Virus record (IMG/VR): IMGVR_UViG_3300033067_000303
Coordinates: 1 to 28,630 of that record
Origin: a virus
Taxonomy: Duplodnaviria; Caudoviricetes
DNA length: 28,630 bases
Direction: 5' to 3' (one strand)
Shown: piece by piece, positions 1-5,527 of the stretch
Layout of the letters: every line of letters begins with the position of its first letter
How positions within the stretch are numbered: the first letter of the stretch is position 1
Made by a program: the position numbers and the translations under genes
The notes under the pieces: generated by a model
What the model saw: only the letters and a program-made list of their open reading frames with translations
Database searches by the model: none
What the model was told of the DNA's origin: nothing

Positions 1-24
1 GGTTGAACAGAGAAAGGACGAAAA

Positions 25-264
25 ATGCACATTGAACCGCTGGTGAAGATTGACCAGATCGAAACAGGCGACCTGCTGCTGATTGACGATGGGATCGGCA
101 TTACGCACGCCAAGGCGCAACGGGTGAAGGTTTCTGAACACGATGGCACCGAGGTGATTTTCAACCTGCGCAAGAACAAGTTTTTCAACGTCGGGATGTA
201 CCTCAACGGGAAGTCGTGGGCGAAGGACGTTCGCATTGTGCGAAGGGTGCCTTCTAACGCCTGA
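25..264 (+). CDS. Hypothetical protein, cassette gene 1 (ends PSNA* inside attC1)
   Basis: 79-aa ORF with an AAAGGA RBS; the TGA stop lies inside the attC-like site. Confidence 0.8.
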   Translation: MHIEPLVKIDQIETGDLLLIDDGIGITHAKAQRVKVSEHDGTEVIFNLRKNKFFNVGMYLNGKSWAKDVRIVRRVPSNA

Positions 265-314
265 GATAACCGGAGCGCCGATTGCGGCGCGTCCGGTTGA
301 TTGAATAGTTAGGT
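252..314 (-). mobile_element. attC: Integron attC-like site 1 (63 bp)
   Basis: Minus strand reads ACCTAAC TATTC AATCAACC GGA C GCGCCG CAAT CGGCGC TCC GGTTATC TCAGGC GTTAGAA. This gives R'', an 8-nt L'', a stem with an extrahelical base, a 7-nt L' and R'. Confidence 0.9.
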
Positions 315-328
315 TGCGGAGGTTGAAT

Positions 329-751
329 ATGCGATTTGAACCACAGTTGCCGAAGTTGATTGCCGCCAGATTCCCCGGCGTGTGCGACTTTGAAATAGAC
401 CACCTTGCGGAGCGAGTGCAGCCGGTGGAGTACGAAGACTGCAAAGGACGCATGGCGAACGAGTGGCCGCCTGTGGCGTGTTGGCGCGTTGGGGTGCAGC
501 GGTTCAGGTATGTACTGAAGCCGACTTTCCGCGCCGAGCGGTGGGGCGTGCTGTGCTTTGGTGGGACGACTGTACGCGCCAACTACAGCGACGAAGATGG
601 CAAATTGTGGCAACTGCTGCAATGGTCATCCGAAGGAAAGACTGCGGATGAGATGAACCGACTGCTCGGCAACGAGCAACCTAACGCACTAGCTCAGGCG
701 GACGCCGCTTGCGGCGTGTCGCCTGGAGCGATGGGTTCGGCGGCGGATTGA
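329..751 (+). CDS. Hypothetical protein, cassette gene 2 (reads through attC2)
   Basis: GGAGG RBS and ATG at 329 (ORF track starts at 314); QPNA is followed by an attC-encoded tail LAQADAACGVSPGAMGSAAD. Confidence 0.75.
   Translation: MRFEPQLPKLIAARFPGVCDFEIDHLAERVQPVEYEDCKGRMANEWPPVACWRVGVQRFRYVLKPTFRAERWGVLCFGGTTVRANYSDEDGKLWQLLQWSSEGKTADEMNRLLGNEQPNALAQADAACGVSPGAMGSAAD
679..741 (-). mobile_element. attC: Integron attC-like site 2 (63 bp)
   Basis: Minus strand reads GCCGAAC CCATC GCTCCAGG CGA C ACGCCGC AA GCGGCGT CCG CCTGAGC TAGTGC GTTAGGT. Confidence 0.9.
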
Positions 752-772
752 AACGATGAAAGGAAACGGACG

Positions 773-979
773 ATGAATGAAGTAGTGATTAAGCGGGAAC
801 TGGCAGAAGCAACGCAGCGCATTGTGAAGTCCCGCGACCCGAACATGCCCGCCGTTGCCAACGTGCTAAACGCACTCGGTGATCTGCTCTCGGCATGGAC
901 CGGCGAGACGGTGCGTGTGCAAGTGACTGCCGAAGGCCAGACCGAGGCGGTGGATATGGTTAAGCCGAGAACGCAATGA
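773..979 (+). CDS. Hypothetical protein, cassette gene 3
   Basis: 68-aa ORF with an AAAGGA RBS directly after attC2. Confidence 0.75.
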   Translation: MNEVVIKRELAEATQRIVKSRDPNMPAVANVLNALGDLLSAWTGETVRVQVTAEGQTEAVDMVKPRTQ

Positions 980-1008
980 GTAGCGCCGGCCTGACGCCGA
1001 ACGCTTAG
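976..1008 (+). CDS. Mini-ORF MSSAGLTPNA* coupled to gene 3
   Basis: ATGA overlap with the gene 3 stop; it enters attC3 in the same frame as the other cassette genes. Confidence 0.35.
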   Translation: MSSAGLTPNA

Positions 1009-1078
1009 GTGATGGGCCGAGGCAACGCCAGTTGCCGAAGGTCCAGCGCGAAGCGTGACATCGACCGCTGTGTTATGC
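996..1078 (-). mobile_element. attC: Integron attC-like site 3 (83 bp)
   Basis: Plus strand GCCGAAC..GGTGATG...CATCGACC..GTTATGC, with the extra base in the right L box and an internal GGCAAC/GTTGCC hairpin. Confidence 0.85.
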
Positions 1079-1098
1079 GGGTTTTGAAAGGAATTTAG

Positions 1099-1314
1099 AT
1101 GGACAAAGAAGAACAGCAGGAAGAACTACAAGAAGCGTTCGCTGCATTTGCAGCCGAGTACCCGCAAAGCGCCCTTGCCCTGATAATCGGCCTGTTTGTT
1201 GGCCTGCTTGAATACAGCGTGAAAGAGCAAGGTGGCGACGAGACGCTGGCGATCAAGATTGACGGATGCGGGAAGCGGGACATCACTGTTTCGGCGATGC
1301 CTCATAACGCTTAG
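1099..1314 (+). CDS. Hypothetical protein with a hydrophobic segment, cassette gene 4 (ends PHNA*)
   Basis: 71-aa ORF with an AAAGGA RBS; the TAG stop lies inside attC4. Confidence 0.8.
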   Translation: MDKEEQQEELQEAFAAFAAEYPQSALALIIGLFVGLLEYSVKEQGGDETLAIKIDGCGKRDITVSAMPHNA

Positions 1315-1391
1315 GTAACAAGTCGCCGCGACTGGTGGCAATTTTACGAATAACGCTCATTGCGGCGGTCTTGTTGACCGTTGAGTTGGGC
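1302..1391 (-). mobile_element. attC: Integron attC-like site 4 (90 bp)
   Basis: Plus strand TCATAAC..GGTAACAAG TCGCCGCGA...TTGCGGCGG T CTTGTTGACC..GTTGGGC. Confidence 0.85.
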
Positions 1392-1411
1392 CGGTTTTTG
1401 GAGATTGAACG

Positions 1412-1714
1412 ATGAATGGAAGAATACTCACCTGTGTTTATTGCGGGCACGAATACCCCCAGGACACACCGGCAGCAGGAAGCCATGTGCTGACGCAGCA
1501 CATCAAGGTTTGCGAGCGGCACCCAATGCGGAAGGCCGAAGGCGACATTGCTCTGCTGCGCGGCGCGCTTGTTGGCCTGATCGGCGCAGACGGCGAGGAC
1601 GATTTGCGGCAGATGGAAGCGACGATGCGACTTTTGCCGGCACCGGACGCCGATAAGGCGGTTTCGATCAACGCGATTCACGCGCTGCTGGCGACCATGA
1701 CGCCCAACGCCTGA
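1412..1714 (+). CDS. Zn-finger-like phage protein, cassette gene 5 (ends TPNA*)
   Basis: CVYC...HIKVC..H motif; GGAG RBS; stop inside attC5. Confidence 0.8.
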   Translation: MNGRILTCVYCGHEYPQDTPAAGSHVLTQHIKVCERHPMRKAEGDIALLRGALVGLIGADGEDDLRQMEATMRLLPAPDADKAVSINAIHALLATMTPNA

Positions 1715-1762
1715 GATAACCCGACGGCCGTCAGGTCGGTCGGGTTGATTGAATAGTTGGGC
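1702..1762 (-). mobile_element. attC: Integron attC-like site 5 (61 bp)
   Basis: Plus strand GCCCAAC GCCTGA GATAACCCGA...TCGGGTTGATT GAATA GTTGGGC; the outer arms are nearly identical to attC1. Confidence 0.9.
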
Positions 1763-1786
1763 GGATGACGCCCGGAGAGGACTGAG

Positions 1787-2029
1787 ATGGCCTGCCCTAG
1801 ATGCGGATGCAAGGAAACATACCACTACGACGACGAAGACGCGCCAGACGATAACTGGGAACGGTGTGCGGCGTGCGGTGTGATTTTTGACATTGAAGAT
1901 CACGCCGACGAAGAGGATGACGACATTCACCCGGCCATTTCGCTGCTTGATGCGATTCAAGACCGGCCAATTGAGACTGGAGCGGCGATTACCGACAAGT
2001 GCGTGAAGATGCCGCCTAACGCTAAGTAG
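1787..2029 (+). CDS. Acidic Zn-ribbon protein, cassette gene 6 (ends PPNAK*)
   Basis: CPRC...CAAC motif; GAGG RBS. Confidence 0.8.
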   Translation: MACPRCGCKETYHYDDEDAPDDNWERCAACGVIFDIEDHADEEDDDIHPAISLLDAIQDRPIETGAAITDKCVKMPPNAK

Positions 2030-2070
2030 ACGGCAAAACCGCCGTATACGCTGGCCCTTGCCGCCTATTC
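2010..2070 (-). mobile_element. Putative attI-like primary recombination site closing the array
   Basis: R box GTTAGGC on the minus strand (2014-2020) with no long attC hairpin; inverted repeat GTAGACGGC/GCCGTATAC; direct repeat TGCCGCCTA at 2010 and 2059. Confidence 0.5.
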
Positions 2071-2150
2071 TACGAAACACGGCACCGGAAAACATTGCAG
2101 CGCAAGCAACAACAGATTTGTGTTGCATATTTGAACAAAGGAAAAACAGC

Positions 2151-2468
2151 ATGAATACGATAGATGAAATCGCGCTGCGAGTTGCAGAGAAACTAGAGCC
2201 GCGAGGCCGGACGTATTCGCCGGATCATTACATTGAATTCGCCAGCGCCCTACTCGCAGAACTGAGCAAGGAGAGTAAGCCTCATTGCTGGAAGTGCGAA
2301 GCCACCATCGCAGAGCAGGCTGCCGAAATCAGCAAGCTAATCGCCGCTGTTGCAGATCACGTTACGGTTCGCTCCGAGCAGCGCCAGACGATTATGGATC
2401 AGGCGGCGGAGATTGAGCGGCTGAAAGAGCGGCAGGATTTTGCGCCAGATCAGTGGTGGGTTAAATAA
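2151..2468 (+). CDS. Phage hypothetical coiled-coil protein (Ea22/ead-like QAAEIERLK motif)
   Basis: AAAGGA RBS and ATG at 2151 within ORF 2058..2468; two QAAEI repeats; no tyrosine-recombinase motifs. Confidence 0.65.
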   Translation: MNTIDEIALRVAEKLEPRGRTYSPDHYIEFASALLAELSKESKPHCWKCEATIAEQAAEISKLIAAVADHVTVRSEQRQTIMDQAAEIERLKERQDFAPDQWWVK

Positions 2469-2668
2469 TTGGAAAGTGTCGATACAGCACTGACTATGAT
2501 TGTGCTGCAATGGTTTCCGTAAATTGCGTCGTAAATTTATCGGAACAGCAAAGTTATCCACAACTTTTGCCACGCCAGAGCACAAGCTAACCCATGATTC
2601 CAGCAGATCAGTGCGGGAGGATGCGCTGCTTTCCATTGCGCGAAATTAACGACTTGAGCAGGCATGAT

Positions 2669-2992
2669 TTACCCCTTGAAATAGGCAAACGCTAATGCTT
2701 CAGCACGGCTATCGAATCGGCGAACCTCTTCGACTCGCAAACGCCACACGCGATATTTACCAGCAAACAGAATCAGGATGTTTCGGCGCGTCCATAGGTC
2801 GTGCTTTGGCGGTATGTACTCAATGACAGCCAGCGATTTCCAGCCGATTGCTTGGGCTACGCCAGCATGAGGAACGCGGCCTTTAAAGCTGTACGACTTG
2901 CGCGACCAGATGTAACGACGATCCGGAGTAAATAGCGTAGGGACCCAAAGCCAGAGCGCGACTATCCAGCAATTGAGCATTCGACGGCTCAT
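2669..2992 (-). CDS. Hypothetical cationic/aromatic protein at the end of the lysis cluster
   Basis: 107-aa ORF with an ATGA overlap to the lysozyme gene. Confidence 0.7.
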   Translation of the reverse strand: MSRRMLNCWIVALWLWVPTLFTPDRRYIWSRKSYSFKGRVPHAGVAQAIGWKSLAVIEYIPPKHDLWTRRNILILFAGKYRVWRLRVEEVRRFDSRAEALAFAYFKG

Positions 2993-3438
2993 ATCAGCGC
3001 AGCCTCTGCTTCGCGCCGAATAGCCAGGCCGCGTAGTACCTTGCCTCCTCCCTTATTCCATTTTCGCAATTCCTTCGGTACGTCCGCCCAGCGCCCGGCG
3101 TTGATGCGCTTGCGTAAGGTCGATGCCTTGAGCCGGCCGGTGCCCAGGTTGAACGTAAAGTCGATGATGGACGCCAAGCGCGCGGGCGTATCGATGGCGG
3201 GACAGAGCTTCAGGACGGCCGGCAGATAGATCGTGCGAACCTGCCAGATCAAAAGGTTTTCAGCGTGCTGTCGTGTGATTGGCGGATCAGCAAGCGCAAC
3301 ACGCAGGCCTCCTTGATAGTAGGTTGCCCCGAATCCAATAGTCGGCACGCCAGCAGGGCATAGGTATGGCCTAAGTCGGCACCCCTCAAAGCGGCGCGCC
3401 AGTGCTGCAGCCACCTGAACGGCTCGATCATTTGCCAC
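2989..3438 (-). CDS. Endolysin, GH24 phage lysozyme
   Basis: FEG-x-RLRPYLCPAGVPTIGFG and FNLG motifs, C-terminal GL..RREAEAAL; likely GTG start at 3438 (ORF track extends to 3486). Confidence 0.93.
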   Translation of the reverse strand: MANDRAVQVAAALARRFEGCRLRPYLCPAGVPTIGFGATYYQGGLRVALADPPITRQHAENLLIWQVRTIYLPAVLKLCPAIDTPARLASIIDFTFNLGTGRLKASTLRKRINAGRWADVPKELRKWNKGGGKVLRGLAIRREAEAALI

Positions 3439-3895
3439 GATGCGCCAGGCTGCGGTCAGCCACATAGATACCGAGGATAGCGCCAAACAGTTCGCGGTCC
3501 CAATCCGTCAGGGTGAAACCGTGGTCCATGATCTCGAAACAGACAAACAGGATGGCTAAAGTAGCCAGTAGCGGTCGAACCGACTGGTTCCATACGTCGA
3601 TAAACGCGATGCCGGTCATCTTGCCCACAGCATCAACGGTGCGATCCCATGCGCTCGCGTCGATTCGGTCTAGATCAGCGTCGCGCTGCACCTCGATCAC
3701 CTTGATGCCCATGTCTGACTGCACCTTTAGCGCTTCCAGATTGCGCTTGTGCGCAGCCTCGTCAAGCTCGCCCTGTAGGCGCATGCGGTCGAGTTCCTGA
3801 GCATGCTCCTGACGGGCCGTGATGAAGGCGGAAACCTCGCCCCAAATAGTTCTAAAAATTGAACCGCCGAAGAAAGAAATCAGTGCGGAAATCAT
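3428..3895 (-). CDS. Holin-like membrane protein (3TM holin type)
   Basis: GGAGG RBS; hydrophobic N-terminus, coiled coil, then W...VRP plus two hydrophobic segments; adjacent to the lysozyme. Confidence 0.6.
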   Translation of the reverse strand: MISALISFFGGSIFRTIWGEVSAFITARQEHAQELDRMRLQGELDEAAHKRNLEALKVQSDMGIKVIEVQRDADLDRIDASAWDRTVDAVGKMTGIAFIDVWNQSVRPLLATLAILFVCFEIMDHGFTLTDWDRELFGAILGIYVADRSLAHRGK

Positions 3896-4101
3896 ACTTC
3901 CTCCATTATTTTCTGAAACGGCATATTGACCCTGGCCTCGATAATCTTCAGGTGCTGCCGCTTGTAATACCAATTGACGGCAAATGTCAGGACGGCGCAG
4001 GCCATACCGACATACGCTGCTAATTCATTTGCGGCCAGTCCGAATATGACTGCTGCGGCAGAGGTTGAATATGATGCAATGCTTGTTTTTGGATCGCTCA
4101 T
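3892..4101 (-). CDS. HP1-family-like holin
   Basis: MSDPK start at 4101; motif G..CAVLTFAVNWYYKR. Confidence 0.75.
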   Translation of the reverse strand: MSDPKTSIASYSTSAAAVIFGLAANELAAYVGMACAVLTFAVNWYYKRQHLKIIEARVNMPFQKIMEEV

Positions 4102-4523
4102 GGCTTGGTCTTTATGCGGATTGTGAAAACGTACTTGCGGCGCCCTTGCTTCGGGCCTTCCGGCGACCAGCCGAAACGCAGATCGATGAATCGGCCAGCG
4201 ATTAACGGGATGGCTGTTTTTGACCAGAACGTCCACGCAGGCGCATTTGCATCTGAAACGCCTATCCACCAATAGTTAAAGCAGTTTCCGCCGTTACGCC
4301 ACAGCCAGCGGACTTGGTTGATGTAGCTGGTCGGGTTGCTTCCCCATAAATGCTCGTCTTTCCACCCTTGATCTCCATCTAAATTATTGTCGATGGTATC
4401 TAGCCAGCGGAAAGGCCATTGCAGTTGCTTATTCTTTTGCAACAGCACTGCTATAAACGCCAAAGGATACCGGAAAATGATTAATAGTATCCATATCGGA
4501 AAACGAATAATGTAATGGATCAT
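4098..4523 (-). CDS. Conserved phage hypothetical protein
   Basis: 141 aa; W.DT.DN.LDGD..W and WLWRN motifs typical of genes between tail and lysis modules. Confidence 0.75.
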   Translation of the reverse strand: MIHYIIRFPIWILLIIFRYPLAFIAVLLQKNKQLQWPFRWLDTIDNNLDGDQGWKDEHLWGSNPTSYINQVRWLWRNGGNCFNYWWIGVSDANAPAWTFWSKTAIPLIAGRFIDLRFGWSPEGPKQGRRKYVFTIRIKTKP

Positions 4524-4527
4524 TGCA

Positions 4528-5289
4528 TTATGGCTTGAATAGAGTAAATGTTACTCGTCCGTTATCTCCAAGAGCAGGAGCGGTCGTATATGTTTTAATA
4601 GTTGCTTTTAATGTAGTGCATCCAGGATATAAAACACCGCAAATAATCGCCGAATACGATGGGTCTGCGTTTGAATTTACGACATAGTTATTATCAGCGA
4701 AAGCATTAGTGAAATTTACTTCATAAACCCCAGTTGATACTCTAGTAACTGAAGTTACGTTAAATGACGTCCCGGCTAATGGTGCATTTGTTCCTGCAAG
4801 CGTTCCATCGAAAACACATGCGGCCTTTACGCTAATGCTCGGAATGGCAGCATTCACAAATGCTGTGGTGGCAATCTTTGTACTGTTATCGCCAACAGTT
4901 TGGGTCGTTGCCGTAGTTCCATTTGGCAGCGCAGGCGCCCCGGAAAGATTGGCGGAAGTTCCGCTTGTATTCTGGTTAAGCGTTGGGAATGTGCAATTTG
5001 TAAGATTCCCTGACGAGGGCGTTCCAAGTGCGCCGCCCACTGTCACAAAATCTGCATCGCTAACTGCCGAATTAAATTGAGCAGCCGTTCCAGACACAGA
5101 ATTGTTTGCAAGACTGATTGTCTTATTGGCTAGCGTTTCTGATTTTGCTGCTGAAGCGTCATATACTTGACGAATAATTGCAGCTTGCGCCCTTATATGA
5201 TCGTCAATGACGTTAGGGGAATCTCCGCCGGAAGGAGAATTGCTACTTGCAGTCGCCGACAAATCGGTTATGCTGGATGGTATTGGCAT
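4528..5289 (-). CDS. Short tail fibre protein
   Basis: N-terminal anchor-like segment (DDHIRAQAAII), fibre motif TQTVGDNSTKIATTAFV, C-terminal VTRVSTGVYEVNF domain. Confidence 0.8.
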   Translation of the reverse strand: MPIPSSITDLSATASSNSPSGGDSPNVIDDHIRAQAAIIRQVYDASAAKSETLANKTISLANNSVSGTAAQFNSAVSDADFVTVGGALGTPSSGNLTNCTFPTLNQNTSGTSANLSGAPALPNGTTATTQTVGDNSTKIATTAFVNAAIPSISVKAACVFDGTLAGTNAPLAGTSFNVTSVTRVSTGVYEVNFTNAFADNNYVVNSNADPSYSAIICGVLYPGCTTLKATIKTYTTAPALGDNGRVTFTLFKP

Positions 5290-5320
5290 TTTTTCTCCAG
5301 TGCCTCACGGCATTAAGAGG
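5290..5320 (-). promoter_or_regulatory. Repeated hairpin-RBS element (copy before the tail fibre)
   Basis: CCTCTTAA TGCC GTGA GGCA CTGGAG AAAAA ATG. Confidence 0.7.
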
Positions 5321-5326
5321 TGATTA

Positions 5327-5527
5327 ATGAATCAATTATGGGCGTCTGCCATTGTTCCTTTTGGCTTGTTTGTCCTTCTATGTATCGAGAAGGGAACAAT
5401 CATTGCCATAAAACGTTATTGCTCAAAACGTGTTGCTTACTACTGGACTACCGATGTTCGGACAATAATCCGAGAGAAACGCCAGGAATGGCGTAATTCT
5501 CGACAGGCCCGAGCAAACTGCCGATAG
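5327..5527 (+). CDS. Small antisense membrane protein (moron-like)
   Basis: GAGGTG RBS, N-terminal hydrophobic helix, basic tail; overlaps the 3' end of the neighbouring gene. Confidence 0.5.
   Translation: MNQLWASAIVPFGLFVLLCIEKGTIIAIKRYCSKRVAYYWTTDVRTIIREKRQEWRNSRQARANCR

Noticed and set aside
252-2020. CRISPR array or simple terminators as the explanation for the repeats
   Set aside because: The repeats differ in sequence and length, are separated by whole genes and lack U tracts; they show attC box asymmetry.
254-2152. Minus-strand ORFs 254..622, 1095..1286, 1126..1341, 1283..2152 and 1438..1671 as the true cassette genes
   Set aside because: They have no convincing RBS, and several run through attC sites. 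The plus-strand ORFs fit the units exactly and have strong RBSs.
2058-2468. Integron integrase at the canonical intI position
   Set aside because: Too short and lacks R-H-R-Y recombinase motifs.
2464-2470. Stop-codon reassignment
   Set aside because: TAA, TGA and TAG all end genes normally elsewhere, and the core genes are intact in the standard code.
4528-5289. Diversity-generating retroelement target
   Set aside because: No reverse transcriptase in the window, and I saw no template-repeat copy.
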